From the NCBI GenBank assembly GCA_963844715.1, contig CAWJPJ010000007.1, positions 1,312,001 through 1,376,000 on the forward strand: a DNA stretch of 64,000 bases, in the 5' to 3' direction. Each line of letters opens with the position of its first letter. Position 1 is the first letter of the stretch. Origin of the DNA: an uncultured Phycisphaerales bacterium (GTDB lineage: Bacteria > Planctomycetota > Phycisphaerae > Tepidisphaerales > Tepidisphaeraceae). The translations under genes were made by a program, and so were the position numbers. Below are positions 11,561 through 23,955 of this stretch, piece after piece. The notes beneath the pieces are model-generated. The model saw only the letters and a program-made list of their open reading frames with translations, made no database searches and was not told the origin of the DNA.

Positions 11561-13402
11561 ATGAAATTGGCCAAATGGTGCGCGGTGTTGGTGATGACGC
11601 TGGTCATGTCCTGGTCGCCGTGCGCCACGCGCAGGCGATCAAGCTCATTCCCGATAGCGCGCTGGTGGTTTATCGGGTGAACGACCTGGAAGCGACGAGC
11701 AAGAAGATCGCGGATTTCTGCGGCGCGGCGGGAATCGTGCAGCTACAGCCCGGGATGGCCGACCCGCTGGGGATGTGGTGCAAAGACGCGGGAATCAACG
11801 CGGGGCTCAATCGCGCGGGAGATTTGTGCTTCGCGCTGCTCGATCCCAACGCGGCGGGGGGCTCGACGGCGGACGCCATTCTGATCTTGGTCCCCGTTTC
11901 CGACTATCAGGCATTCCTCTCGAATTTTGCCGGCGCCACGACGGACGGCGACGTAACGACTGTTCATTTCAAGAACGCTACGCGGGCGACTTACGTCGCC
12001 CACTGGGGCGATTACGCGGCGGCGAGCCCTTACCACGACCTTGTCGCCAAGCAGCCGACGACGATGTTGGCGGTCGGCGCCCTGGCGCAGAAGGAACTGG
12101 ACACCAAGGATTTTGTCGCGCTGGTGAACGTGAAGGGGCTGCGCATGATGGCGATTCCGCAGATCGAGAAGCTGCGGATCCAGGCCTCGCAGCAGATCGA
12201 CCAGCAAGCGGCATCGGGGCAAAAGCTTGGAACCCTGGATATGACCAAGTTCGCGCCCGTCGCCAAAGTTCTGGTCAATCAGGTCATGAATCTTGGCGAG
12301 GAATTCCTCAACGATATGGATGACGCGACCGCCAGCGCCAACATCAGCACGGACGGCATCGGCGACACCATGATCATGGATTTCCGCCCCGACTCGAAGC
12401 TCGGACAGGTCATTGGGCAATCAAAAATGACCGACGCTTCCCTCCTGGACGGCCTGCCGGACGGAAAATATCTGATGTACGGCGGCTCGATTTCCAGCCC
12501 GCAGCAGATGACCCAGTTGCTAACGGATTTCGTCGATCCGATCGAGCAGTCGATCTCGACGCTTGGGCCCGACTTCGCTTCGATCAATACCGCAATCGAT
12601 GGGATAAAGACGCTGGTGCAAGCGCAGACCGGCAGCCGATTCGGGCTGATGGCGCCGAGCGGGACGCTCGGGCAGGACCCCCTCCTTCAGGCGGTTGCCA
12701 TCAATACGGGCGACGCCAAGGCCATGCTCAATGCCACGCACACCATGACCGACGCCTATCAGAGCGCGATGAAGACGCTGGGACTGGATCAGGCGGCGGG
12801 GTCGACGACCGTCACCGCGGCGGCAAAGACCGTGGACGGCGTCAGCTTCGACGAATTCCAGACCGTGCTGAACATGAACGGCCAAACGCCCCAGCAGATG
12901 CAGGCGATGCAGTTCATGATGTTCCTCTACGGCCCAAATGGTCCGACCAAATACGTCGGCGCGGTGAATGACAACACGCTGCTGACTTTCATGGGGATTT
13001 CCGATCCCACAGTGAGCGCGACGCTGACGGCGATCAAGGCGAGCGACGATCCGCTGGCCAAGAGCGCCGCGCTGAAGTCCGTGGTTTCGCAATTGCCGAC
13101 TCAGAGGCTCAGCGTGATGTACATCCCGCTGGATCAGTGGGCGGCAACAGCTCTGAATTATGCCAAGCAGTTCGCCTCGATGGACATGGGCGTCAAGATT
13201 CCTGAGGATCTTCCTCCGGTGGGCGTAGCCGTCGAGCGCGGATGGTTCGGCGCTGCGTGTGGATGCGTATGTTCCGACACAGCTTGTGCAGAATCTTTAC
13301 ACGGCCGGTATGCAGGTCTTCCTGGCGATGCACGGTCCGGGCGGTGCCGGCGGGCAACAACAGCCGCCGCAGCAGGGCAATGGCCCCGGCGGCGGTTTGT
13401 AA
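11561..13402 (+). CDS. Large secreted hypothetical protein (frameshifts near both ends)
   Basis: GAGGAG RBS, ATG at 11561, signal-like N-terminus, ~550-codon open frame and Gly/Gln-rich tail. Confidence 0.7.
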
Positions 13403-13406
13403 GGGA

Positions 13407-14218
13407 TTATTCCGGAGCGAATAACTCGGCGATCTTCCCCACGGGATCGTCGCTGCGCATGAGGCTTTCGCCGACCAGGACAGCGGTAACGCCGGCATCC
13501 ACGAGCTTCAAAACGTCCTGCCGGGTGTGAATCCCGCTCTCGCTGACCAGCACGCGCGGGTCGGCGACCAGTTCGCTGAGCCGCAGGGTCGTTCCCAGAT
13601 CGGTCTTGAACGTCCGCAGGTCGCGATTGTTGATTCCCAGCAGACTGTAACTCCGATGGGGGAACCCGATGACATGATCGCGCACGCGCATCAGGTTGTC
13701 GACGTCGTGGACCTCGATCAGACAAGTCATGTTCAATTCCGTCGCCAGGATCTGAAGATCGATCATGAGCGACGTTTCCAGGCATTCGGCGATGAGCAAA
13801 ATCGCGTCCGCACCGGCGGCGCGGCGATTGGTAAACCTGGTAGGGATCGATCAGGAAATCCTTGCGTAAAACCGGCAGCGGGACAGCGTCGCGCACCAGG
13901 CTGCAGATAATCCAGGCTCCCCTGGAAATATTTTTCGTCGGTCAAAACGCTCAGGGCATCGGCGCCGGCGGAGGCGAACAGCTTGGCGGTCTCGACCGGA
14001 TCGAAATTCGGCTGGATCAAGCCGGCGCTGGGGGACGCCTTTTTGATCTCGGCGATCAGATTCAGCGGCTTTTTGCCGCGGCTGGTCACGGCCTGGAAAA
14101 AGTTCCGCGGGCGCGGCAGCGAGGCGATCGTCTCCTTCAGCTTCTCCAGCGGTGCGGCGGCCTTCGCGGCGGCAACCTCATGCCGCTTGGTTTCGACGAT
14201 TTGATCGAGAATGCTCAT
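13407..14218 (-). CDS. trpC: Indole-3-glycerol-phosphate synthase (frameshifts about 13825-13895)
   Basis: IAEIKKASPS, LSVLTDEKYFQGS, LRKDF, GINNRDL, VSESGI, LVGESLM. Confidence 0.96.
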
Positions 14219-14321
14219 GGGCTAAGATGCCGCCGCTTTGTTCGCAATAGCGGACGAATCCGACCGTTGTTGTAAATGGCGCGGATCGAATGTCAATCAC
14301 GGGCGGCATCGGGAAGGAAGC

Positions 14322-15134
14322 ATGTCGGAAATCGCATTGGGGATAGCAACGGCGATTTCGCTGGCGATGGCGGCGATGCTGGGGGTCTTCCTGCCGCGCC
14401 GTATCAAGGGCCCGGAACGCCTTGAAGAGGGGGAGCCGGCGACGACGTTGCTGAGTATCGCCGGAATGGGTCTATTCGCATGGGGAGCCGCTTCATTGCT
14501 CGCCGGGGAGGTGTCCAGCCGGCAGGGACAGTCAGGCCTCACCGACGTCCAGCAGGTCCTGTTCAACGGCGGGGTGGAGCTTGCCGGCGCTGCTGGGAAT
14601 GGTTGCCGGGACCCTGGCAATCCGCCCGCAGGGAATCCGCCGGCTCGGGATCGGCCTCAGCCGGTTTCCGACAGGCCTGGTCGGCGGCATCATTTCCGTC
14701 GTGGTGGTCTTGCCGCTGATCTACTGGGTTGAGGTCGGGTCCGAAGCAATTTGGAGCCTGTTGGGCCTGAAGCATCCCGTGGCCCACGAATTATTGCTTA
14801 TCCTTGGCGAAACCCAATCGCCCTGGCTGCGCGTGGCGATCGTCATAACGGCGGTGGTGCTCGCCCCAATCGCCGAGGAAATGTTCTTTCGCGGGCAAAT
14901 TCAAACCTATCTTCGGTATGTCCTCGCAGTCCCTGGACGGCGGTGCTCATCACGGCCGCCTGTTTCGCCCTGGTGCATCCGACGAAATGGGCCTGGCCCT
15001 CCCTGTTTTTCCTCGGTGTATGTCTGGGATACGTGTACGAGCGCACCGGAAATTTGTGGAGCTGCATGATCCTGCACGCTCTTTTCAATCTGGCTTCGAT
15101 TTACATTTACGTGCACGCGGGGTCTCCGCATTGA
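14322..15134 (+). CDS. CPBP-family intramembrane glutamic endopeptidase (two frameshifts)
   Basis: APIAEEMFFRG, FALVH and HALFN motifs; multiple TM segments. Confidence 0.88.
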
Positions 15135-15177
15135 TCATGCTGGACGCTGCTGCGGCAGCGGACTTAACCTTTTGGAT

Positions 15178-16145
15178 ATGGGCAAGCGATTTCTGGTCAC
15201 CGGCGGCGCCGGATTCATTGGCTCTCATCTCACCGAGCTGCTTCTGGCGCACGGGAATTCCGTTACCGTTCTCGACGACTTTTCCACCGGGCGCATCGAG
15301 AATCTCGCTGCGGTCGCCGCCGCTCCCAATCTCCAGATTATCCGTGATTCGGTTGAAAACGAGGCGACCGTCAACGTCGCCGCCGCCGATTGCGACATGA
15401 TTTTTCATCTCGCCGCGGCGGTGGGGGTTCAACTGATTGTCGATGAGCCGGTGCGCACAATTCGCAGCATCATTCACGGGACGGAAGTGGTGCTCGAAGC
15501 CGCGCAGCGGTTCGGCCGGCCCGTGCTGATCACCAGCTCATCGGAAGTTTACGGCAAGGGAGCCAAAGTCCCTTTCAGCGAAGAGGATGACGTGGTGGTC
15601 GGACCGACGGCGGCGAGCCGATGGTGTTACGCCTACAGCAAGGGGATCGACGAATTTCTCGGGCTGGCTTATCGCAAGCAGTTCGGGCTGCCGGTCGTGA
15701 TCGTGAGGCTGTTCAATACCGTGGGTCCGCGGCAGGTGGGAATGTATGGGATGGTTTTGCCGAGGTTCGTGGCCGCCGCGCTCAAAGCGGCACCGCTGCA
15801 AGTTTACGGCGACGGGAAACAGACCCGCTGTTTCTGCCACGTTGCGGACGTGACGGACGCCGCTGGTTCGGCTGATGGAAAAGCCGGGCGCGGTCGGGCA
15901 GGTCTTCAATCTTGGCAGCGACGAAGAGATTTCCATCAACGATCTGGCCGGGCGGGTGATTAGCATTCTGCGCATCGGGCGGGCGCGTCGAGCACATTTC
16001 CCTCGAACAAGCCTATGGGCAGCGGTTTGACGATCTGCCCCGGCGCGTGCCGCGATTGGACAAGATTCGGTCGGTGATCGACTTTAAGCCCCGATATTCG
16101 CTGGATCAGATTATCCGTTCGGTGAAGGATTCGTTAGACCATTAA
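15178..16145 (+). CDS. NAD-dependent epimerase/dehydratase (frameshifts near 15860 and 15975)
   Basis: GGAGFIGS, SSSEVYG, YAYSK, RLFNTVGPRQ. Confidence 0.93.
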
Positions 16146-16305
16146 CCACATCCCCTCGATAGTCGAATACATAGAAAAAGGTCAATGCGGCTGCGAGGGT
16201 TATCGGTCCGCCCAACCCGCGGCCCGGTTATTGAAACTATTTCCGATGGACTATACTTGATCTTCGTAAGCGGGCTGGCGGGGCGCGGAGTGAGGCATTC
16301 GAGGC

Positions 16306-17480
16306 ATGTTGAACGTTGTAGCGGACACTTCAGTGATATCGTGGGACGAGGCCCTGGCCCCACACATATACGTTTTTTACGCGGCGTTTATCGTCAGCTT
16401 TATTTTCACTCCGGTGATGCGCTCGATCGCCATCTACTACGGGATCGTCGATCAACCCGATTCGGTTCGCAAAATTCATCGCGCTCCGGTGGCATATCTG
16501 GGGGGCGTCGCCGTTTTCATGGGGTGGATGGCGGGATTGGCGCTGAGTCAACTGCATCTCGTCGAGCCGCAATTGGGGACGCGTTTGCGAGTCAAGTTGT
16601 GCATCGTCGCCGCGGGCGGGGCAATCGTCTGCCTCGGCTTGTGGGATGATCTGAAGCACCTTCGCCCTAGGCTCAAAATAGTGGGGCAAATCCTGGCGGC
16701 GCTGCTCCTTCTCACTCAAGGAGTGGGGATCAATTGCCTGGGGCCGTTTTTGTCCCCGGTGGAACTTCGCATTGCCGACATTCTGGGCCACCCGTTCAAC
16801 TTTCCGCATCCGCTGGTTCATGTTCTGAGTAGCCTGGTCGTGATTGCCCTGGTGGTCGGGTGCAGTAACGCGACCAATTTGCTTGATGGCTTGGACGGAC
16901 TCTGCGGTGGCGTTACCGCCGTGATCGGTGCGGGGTATCTTTTTCTGGCGGTACATCTGGCGACGGAGCGGCTCGATCCCGACTGGGACATGGTGCGGAT
17001 CATACTGGCCCTGGCCCTGCTGGGGGCGGTTCTTGGGTTCGTGCCGTACAATTTCAATCCCGCGTCGATATTCATGGGGGACGCGGGAAGCATGTTTCTG
17101 GGGTACGCCTGCGCGGTGATGATTATTTTGATGGGACAGGAGCAGCCGAAATGGTTTTTGGCGGCGATGGTGATGTTCGCCCTGCCGGTGCTGGATACCT
17201 CGCTCGCGTTCGCGCGGCGCTGGGTGAATCGGCGCCCATTTTCAGCGCCGACCGGCATCATTTTCATCACCAGCTTCTGGCTCGCGGGTATTCGGTTCGA
17301 AAAACCGTGGTGATCAGCTATTTGCTGGCGATCGGCTTTTGCATATTGGGCGCGCTGATCGCCTACATGCGGGCCCGGTATGCCATGGCGTTTTACATGG
17401 TGATTTTCGGATCGATCGTGGTGGCGGCGTATAAGATGGGCATGGTACACGAGAAACAGCTTGCGGACGAAGCTTTGTAA
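16306..17480 (+). CDS. WecA/TagO-like undecaprenyl-phosphate HexNAc-1-phosphate transferase (frameshift near 17240)
   Basis: GLWDD, NATNLLDGLDGL, NFNPASIFMGDAGS, ADRHHFHH. Confidence 0.92.
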
Positions 17481-17671
17481 TGTTTTATCGCCCCCACGAA
17501 ATTCCCCTCTTCCGCCAATAACCCGAGGCCCGTATCTATCCGATTTGATCTAACAAAACAGGCTTTGCCCCGGTCCGTGTAGTATGTTAAATCATTCTTG
17601 AGCCTGAGCCGGGAACTGCTAGAGTTGTCCCTTAGCCTTGTTATCGGGCCTTTTTCTAACGGGAAATTGCG

Positions 17672-19031
17672 ATGGACGTTACTGTCATTGGCTGTGGTTA
17701 CGTGGGTCTGGTCACCGGAACGTGCCTGGCGAGTATCGGACATACTGTCCGAGGCGTCGAAAAAGACGCCAAGAAGCTGAAAACCCTGCTCGACGGGCAG
17801 TGCCCGATTTTCGAGCCGGGCTTGCACGAATTGATGAAAGAGAACTACGCGTCGGGACAGCTCCAATTCACGGATAACGTGAGGTCGGCGGTGAAGGACG
17901 CGGAGGTGGTCTTTCTTTGCGTCGGCACCCCTCCCAAGCCCGACGGCACAGTGGACATGAGCTACCTCGAGGGGGCTGGCAAGGAAGTCTGCGACGCCCT
18001 GGCCGAACAGAGCAACGATTACATGGTGACCATCGTCGTGAAGTCCACGGTCCCGGCGGGCACCAATCGCAAACTCTACAATTTTCTCAAACAGCAAACC
18101 AAAGCATACGTGCAAGTCGTCAGCAATCCGGAGTTCCTTAAGGAAGGGACGGCGGTGCAGGACTGCATGAAGCCGGACCGCATCGTCATCGGCGGCGAAA
18201 GCCCCGAGGCGTTCCGCATGATGCGCCGGCTCTACGATCCGCTCGTCAAGCTGGAGGATGAAGATACATTCCTGACGATGGGGTGGGAGAGCGCGGAGCT
18301 GACCAAATACGCGGCCAACAGCATGCTGGCGGCGCGCATCTCGTTCATGAACGAAATGACGATCCTCTGCGAGGCGTACGGAGCCGATATCGAAGACATT
18401 CGCAAAGGGATCGGCACGGATAAGCGCATCGGCCCGGCGTTCCTGCGAGCCGGATGCGGATACGGCGGAAGCTGCTTCCCCAAGGACGTCGCGGCGCTTG
18501 AGCATATCTCGCGAGCCGTCGGGCATGAGAACCTGTTCGTCAGCGCCATTCAGGCGGTCAACAATTTCCAGAAGAAGCGCTTCGTCGACAAAATCGAGCA
18601 GAAGCTGGGACGCCCGCTGGCCGGATCGCAAATCGCGATCTGGGGTCTGGCGTTCAAAGCGGACACGGACGACATCCGCGAATCGCCGGCGTTGGATGTG
18701 ATGCGATACCTGCTGGACAAAGGGGCTCGCGTTCGCGCGACCGATCCCAAGGCCATGGAGAACATGAAGCAGGTCTTCAAGGAAGAGGTCGAGTGGTCCC
18801 CCGATGCCGTCTCGTGCCGCCGCCGGTGCGGATGCAGTCGCGCTCCTGACGGATTGGCCGCAGTTCGGGACGCTGCCGTTCAGGAAGATCGCGGCGACGA
18901 TGAACACGCCGATTATTTTCGACGGGCGCAACTGCCTGCACCGCGATTTGATGCGCGAGACGGGGTTCCAGTATTACCCGATGGGAAGACCGGCGGTGGA
19001 GAATTCGCTGCGGTTGAAGAATCGGGTGTGA
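17672..19031 (+). CDS. ugd: UDP-glucose 6-dehydrogenase (frameshift near 18820)
   Basis: GCGYVG, KSTVP, SNPEFLKEG, GYGGSCFPKD, GLAFKADTDD, FDGRN. Confidence 0.95.
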
Positions 19032-19059
19032 ACTTTCCCGATACGATCGGGACCGCGCC

Positions 19060-19308
19060 ATGGAGAAAGTCGTCTTCGTAAGAGCAGTGCCGGGGTGGAA
19101 ATTGGAAGTCGCTTTCTCCGACGGGACTCGCGGCATGGTGGACTTGCAAGACCGACCTTTCGGGAAGATTTTTGAGCCGCTAAAAGACTTGAACTTTTTC
19201 AATCAAGTGCGCATTGATGAGTTTGGCGTGGTTTGCTGGCCGAATGGGGCGGATTTGGCGCCGGACGCGCTATACGAGCGGTTGAGAGCGGTTCATCCCC
19301 CGGCTTAA
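19060..19308 (+). CDS. DUF2442-family protein
   Basis: FSDGTRG...FEPLKD..FF....[13 protein letters not shown]. Confidence 0.8.
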   Translation: MEKVVFVRAVPGWKLEVAFSDGTRGMVDLQDRPFGKIFEPLKDLNFFNQVRIDEFGVVCWPNGADLAPDALYERLRAVHPPA

Positions 19309-19388
19309 GCTGCCAGTCGTCACCTGACTCACAGCGACGAACGCCGACGGATAGCCATCTGTTGGCTTTTTTTCTATCATCTGCTGAT

Positions 19389-20630
19389 ATGAAACTAGAA
19401 CAAACCGACCCCAAAATCGCTGAACTGATCCGTCTGGAAACCCAGCGGCAGGAATCCACGCTGGAATTGATCGCCAGCGAGAATCATGTTTCGCCGGCGG
19501 TAATGGAAGCGGCGGGCTCGGTGCTGACGAATAAATATGCCGAGGGATATCCGGGGGCTCGGTATTACGGGGGGTGCGGGTTTTACGATCAGATCGAGAA
19601 TCTGGCGATCGACCGGGCCAAGCAGCTTTTTGGGTGCAAGTTCGCCAACGTGCAGCCGCATAGCGGGGCGAATGCGAATCTGGCGGCGTTCATGGCGATG
19701 ATGAAGCCGGGAGATCAGTTCATCTCGCTGAATCTCGCCAGCGGCGGGCATCTCAGTCACGGGATGAAGCTGAACACGTCGGCGATTTTTTATAAGCCGG
19801 ACCATTATGAGCTGGATCCGAAAACCGAGACGATCGATTTCAATTCGGTGCGAGCGAAGGCGAAGGAACTGAAGCCGAAGATGATTCTTTGCGGGTATAG
19901 CGCGTATCCTCGGACGATCGATTTTGCGCAGTTTCGGGCCATCGCCGATGAAGTGGGGGCGCTGCTGTTCGCGGACATCGCGCACATCGCGGGGCTGGTC
20001 GCGACGGGGCATCATCCTTCGCCGTTCCCGCATGCTCATGTCGTTTCGACCACGACGCACAAAACTCTACGCGGACCGCGCGGGGGACTGATCATGACCA
20101 ACGATGAGGAGATGGCCAAGGCGATCAACCGCAGCGTGTTTCCAGGAAGCCAGGGAGGCCCGCTGATGCACATCATCGCGGCCAAGGCGGTCGCGTTTGG
20201 CGAGGCGCTCAAGCCGGAGTTCAAGACTTACTCCGGGCAGATCGTGAAAAACGCCAAGGCGCTGGCGGCAGCGCTACAGAAGAAAGGATATCGCCTGACG
20301 AGCGGCGGAACCGACAACCATCTCATGCTCGTCGATCTTCGGGCTCGCAACGAGTCCCTGACCGGCGCCGATGCCGAGAAGGCTTTGGAAGCAGCAGGAA
20401 TTATCGCCAACAAAAATGGGATTCCATTCGATCCGCGCCCGCCCAAGGTGACCAGCGGTTTGCGACTGGGTACGCCTGCCGTGACGACTCGCGGCCTGAC
20501 GGAAAAGGACGTTGAAGTCGTCGCGGATTTCCTGGATCGGGCGATCCTGGCCAAGGACGACGCGGGGAAACTGACGGCGATTCGCGCCGAAGTGGCCGAG
20601 TTCTGCAAGAAATTTCCGATGCCGCATTAA
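19389..20630 (+). CDS. glyA: Serine hydroxymethyltransferase
   Basis: [36 protein letters not shown]. Confidence 0.98.
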   Translation: MKLEQTDPKIAELIRLETQRQESTLELIASENHVSPAVMEAAGSVLTNKYAEGYPGARYYGGCGFYDQIENLAIDRAKQLFGCKFANVQPHSGANANLAAFMAMMKPGDQFISLNLASGGHLSHGMKLNTSAIFYKPDHYELDPKTETIDFNSVRAKAKELKPKMILCGYSAYPRTIDFAQFRAIADEVGALLFADIAHIAGLVATGHHPSPFPHAHVVSTTTHKTLRGPRGGLIMTNDEEMAKAINRSVFPGSQGGPLMHIIAAKAVAFGEALKPEFKTYSGQIVKNAKALAAALQKKGYRLTSGGTDNHLMLVDLRARNESLTGADAEKALEAAGIIANKNGIPFDPRPPKVTSGLRLGTPAVTTRGLTEKDVEVVADFLDRAILAKDDAGKLTAIRAEVAEFCKKFPMPH

Positions 20631-20696
20631 CCGGGGGAATCTCGTCCCGACCGCGATTGTGACCGTCGGTCGGCGACGTGCTATAATTGCTCGCCT

Positions 20697-20918
20697 ATGA
20701 CTTACCGCGGACGTGTCAGGCAAGGCGTCATCGTGTTGGATACCCCGGTCCAATTGCCTGAGGGCACGGAAGTGGAAGTCCGAACCTCCGATCAAACTTC
20801 TGCTAATGGAAATTGGGTGGGGGGCGATCTGCAAGACGATGAGGCGCTAGTTTCCGGCTCGGTTGCCGCGGCGATTGCGGTGCTGCCCGCGGAAGACTTC
20901 AGGGACTGGGAGAAATAG
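20697..20918 (+). CDS. Putative antitoxin (DUF104/AF2212-like)
   Basis: MTYRGRVRQGVIVLDTPVQLPEGTEV; directly upstream of a MazF-like gene. Confidence 0.7.
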   Translation: MTYRGRVRQGVIVLDTPVQLPEGTEVEVRTSDQTSANGNWVGGDLQDDEALVSGSVAAAIAVLPAEDFRDWEK

Positions 20919-20921
20919 CCG

Positions 20922-21244
20922 ATGCCCCGCCTCCAGCAGGGGAGCGTCGTTTGGCGCAACTTCCGCCACCGTTCGGACGCCGGCCTGTCGTCGTTATTAC
21001 GCGCGATTCTGTCGTGGGGCGAATGAACAGTCTGACGGTGGCGCCGATCACGCGCACGATCCGTAACCTCGAGACCGAAGTGATTCTTCAACCGGCCGAC
21101 GGTGTGCCGACCGCGTGCGCCGTATCGTTGGACAATATCTTTACCATTCCGCGAAGTGCCTTGGGTGAGGTGATCACGGTGCTGTCCCAGGAAAAGCGAG
21201 TGATGGTCTTCGCGGCGATTCGAAAGGCCTTCGACATGCCGTAG
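20922..21244 (+). CDS. PemK/MazF-family toxin (1-nt frameshift near 20952)
   Basis: QGSVVW.....GRRPVVVITRD..TVAPIT...DGVPTACAVSLDNI. Confidence 0.88.
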
Positions 21245-21338
21245 ATGATTGGGATACCCGACTCACGAGACTAGAGCCACGTCCGCCAAATTCGATCTTA
21301 ACAATTGAGTAAAAGATATTTGACAGCCGATCAGGCTA

Positions 21339-22364
21339 GAGCATTTCCCATTTTAAACTAGCGCCATCGATGCTGTTTTGCTAATCTCCGATTCAACAAG
21401 GAGGTTGCCATGGCATCGCAAACCGCTCTGACCCGTCGATGGATCATGTCGGCGTATCGTGCCGGCAAAGGCACGAAGGAGATTTCCGCGATCTTCGGCC
21501 GATGCGAGTCGGCCGTCCGCCGCGTGCGACAGGATGAACGTGAACGGGGGACGGCCGAACCGCTGCTTCATCTTCGTGGCCGCAAGGGGAAGTTGACCGG
21601 CGAGTTGAAGACTCGTTTGAGTCGGTTCGTGGCCGCCCGGCCGGATGCCACGCTCAACGAGATCAAAGAGAAGTTGGCGCTGGACGTGTCGCTGTCGACG
21701 GTCGACCGTTGGCTCAGGAAGCTGGGCCTCTCCTTTAAAAAAAGTCTCTCCACGCGTCCGAGCAGGATCGGCCCGACGTCGCCGCCGCGCGGACGCAGTG
21801 GCGTCGGCGGCTGAAGGACGTCGATCCCGAGCGTCTTGTTTTTGTGGATGAATCCGGGGCCAAGACGAACTTCACCCGATTGCGTGGCCGGTGCGGCCGC
21901 GGCGAACGGTTGTTGTGCAAGACCCCGGCCGGACACTGGAGCACGACCACCATGATCGCCGCGGTTCGGCTCGACGGCGCGACCGCCGGCGCGATTGTTC
22001 AAGGGGCGATGGACAGCGATGTTTTTGTCGCCTGGGTGCGTGAAGCGCTCGTGCCCAGCCTGCGAAGCGGGGACATCGTGGTGATGGACAATTTGCAGCC
22101 GCACAAACATTCAGAAGTGCGACGCCTGATCGAAGCCGCCGGCTGCGAACTGTGGTTGCTGCCACCCTACTCGCCGGATTTGAATCCGATCGAGATGATG
22201 TGGAGCAAAGCGAAGCAACTGATCCGCTCGGCGGAGCCCAGAACGTTCGACACCTTGGTCCGGGCTGTGTTCGCGGCAATGGACGCCGTTACGACCGAAG
22301 ATGCCGCGGGATTTTTCCGCCATTGCGGTTACCGCCAGCCGCTAGTTTAATTTGGGAAATGCTC
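21339..22364 (+). mobile_element. IS630-family insertion sequence
   Basis: Inverted repeats (TA)GAGCATTTCCCA..TTAAACTAG / CTAGTTTAA..TGGGAAATGCTC(TA) with TA at both flanks (21337-38 and 22365-66). Confidence 0.95.
21410..22350 (+). CDS. IS630 transposase, two ORFs joined by a probable -1 programmed frameshift
   Basis: HTH ORF then DDE ORF (VFVDE, MDN, LPPYSPDLNPIE); slippery TTTAAAAAAAG at 21734-21744. Confidence 0.92.
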
Positions 22365-22368
22365 TAAT

Positions 22369-22788
22369 ATGAAATCGACCTTAATCTCGTCACTCGTTTT
22401 CCTGGCTTTCCTCCCCTTGATAGCGGCTGCGGAGCGCCCGACGTCATTCGTCGGGAAGTTCGTTGTAGATGAAAGCACCTGGGAGCGAGAAGCTCGGACG
22501 GCCGTTCAGCAGAACAAAGTCCAATTGACCTGGAGCGTCGATGAAATGGTCGGGTGGATTAAATACCTTTCCGCTGGTTATCCCTCCATCGAAATCAAGC
22601 CGAATGGCGCATACGTGCTGAGATCGCCTTTCTTTGGCGTCGCTCATGGCCAATGGCAATTGAAGGATGGCACGCTGATCGCCAGCCCCGATAAAGTGCA
22701 AACCGAGGTAACGGAACCGGGATTCAGCGCGGTGCCGTTTTCGATCAGCCTGCGCGGGAGTGTATCGATACGCTGGAGCTGCCGATGA
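22369..22788 (+). CDS. Secreted hypothetical protein
   Basis: Signal peptide; ATG 2 nt after the IS630 right flank. Confidence 0.55.
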   Translation: MKSTLISSLVFLAFLPLIAAAERPTSFVGKFVVDESTWEREARTAVQQNKVQLTWSVDEMVGWIKYLSAGYPSIEIKPNGAYVLRSPFFGVAHGQWQLKDGTLIASPDKVQTEVTEPGFSAVPFSISLRGSVSIRWSCR

Positions 22789-22918
22789 ACCCTCCAATCT
22801 TCCACTCCAACTCGTTAGCCCTGAATAGGTTGCCGCGGCGACCAAGTTCGAATGACTGAATGGCCGGGAGGGGCGGGTCTGTCGTCTGCGGCATTTCAAT
22901 TATCGACTTTTTCTCTTC

Positions 22919-22988
22919 ATCCGCGCCCATCCGCGAAATCCGCGGTTAAAAAGAATTTAGACCGCGGATTTCGCGGATGGGCGCGGAT
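22919..22988. repeat. Long palindrome with 9-nt periodic arms (REP-like, possible terminator)
   Basis: ATCCGCGCCCATCCGCGAAATCCGCGGT ... ACCGCGGATTTCGCGGATGGGCGCGGAT between convergent genes; degenerate copy at 33519-33588. Confidence 0.85.
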
Positions 22989-23002
22989 AAGAAAAGGCAG
23001 TC

Positions 23003-23902
23003 TCATCGCAGGTTCTGGTGCAGCCAGACGAGCATTTTCGGCAAATAGCTCGGATCGAATTTATCCCAATCCTTGAACTCGTGCCCGGCGCCTTGGACGT
23101 CTATCATCTCCACTGAATCGCCGGCGTTGAGGAGTCTGGCCCAGAATTCCAAGACTTCCTGATGCGGAACGCCATGGTCGTTCGTGCCTTGCATTAGTAG
23201 AAACGGGGGGAGATTCGGTTTGATGTGGTTGACCGCGGACATGTCTTCGAGTTGAGCCGTGATTTGGGGATCCAGTTTTTTCGGATGGCCAGTGAGGTTT
23301 TGTAGGCCTTTACTCAGGCCACCCGATCTTAGTTTGCAATCCATGACGAGATCAGTTGGCGGAGCGAGCGCGACGACGGCTTGAACGCGAGTCGAGTCGT
23401 CAGCGATTGTTGCGGCTAGGCAGACGAGGTGGCCGCCCGCGGAGTGGCCCATCAGGGCAATGCGAGTGGGATCGCCTTTAAATTCCCCGGCGTGCGCTTT
23501 CGCCCAGCGAATGGCGGTTTGCACGTCCTCCAAACAATCCGGCCAGCGATTGGCCGGGGCCAGCCGGTAGTTGATGCAAAAGGTCGTGAAGCCGGCCTGT
23601 TTCAATGGCCCGACCAGCGAGTCGAATTCGTGCGCCTTATCGCGGCTGGTCCACCCGCCGCCATGGACCAGGATGATGACGGGATACGGACCGGAGCCCT
23701 CGGGCTCGCGGGCGTCCAACAAAAGCTTTTGATCCCCGGCTTGGCCGTATTGAATATCGTGTTGGACCGTCGAGCAGCCCGTCGCCAGAAGTATTACCGT
23801 CAAGGCCCCCGCTATGACGGATAGACTTCGAGCGCGAAAAAATACGACGGATTTGGTAACCAGAATTCTCTCGGCGGCCTTGGCGTCTTGGCGGTTAATC
23901 AA
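23003..23902 (-). CDS. Alpha/beta hydrolase (HSL-like esterase)
   Basis: HGGGW, NYRL, GHSAGG, D and H triad residues; true start probably downstream of 23902. Confidence 0.9.
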   Translation of the reverse strand: MINRQDAKAAERILVTKSVVFFRARSLSVIAGALTVILLATGCSTVQHDIQYGQAGDQKLLLDAREPEGSGPYPVIILVHGGGWTSRDKAHEFDSLVGPLKQAGFTTFCINYRLAPANRWPDCLEDVQTAIRWAKAHAGEFKGDPTRIALMGHSAGGHLVCLAATIADDSTRVQAVVALAPPTDLVMDCKLRSGGLSKGLQNLTGHPKKLDPQITAQLEDMSAVNHIKPNLPPFLLMQGTNDHGVPHQEVLEFWARLLNAGDSVEMIDVQGAGHEFKDWDKFDPSYLPKMLVWLHQNLR

Positions 23903-23955
23903 TTCGCTGGACCTCGAATGGTAAAAATCCCGGAAAGCAATTATATCAGGGGGTT

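Noticed and set aside
14322..15134. CPBP protease as the sortase for the Cys-containing PEPSC tails
   Set aside because: It lies 21 kb away, PEP-CTERM is normally handled by exosortases, and nothing in the sequence links them.
8303..18931. Long antisense or alternate-frame ORFs (e.g. 8303-9805, 17393-18931)
   Set aside because: Shadow ORFs of recognised genes, expected in high-GC DNA, with no motifs of their own.
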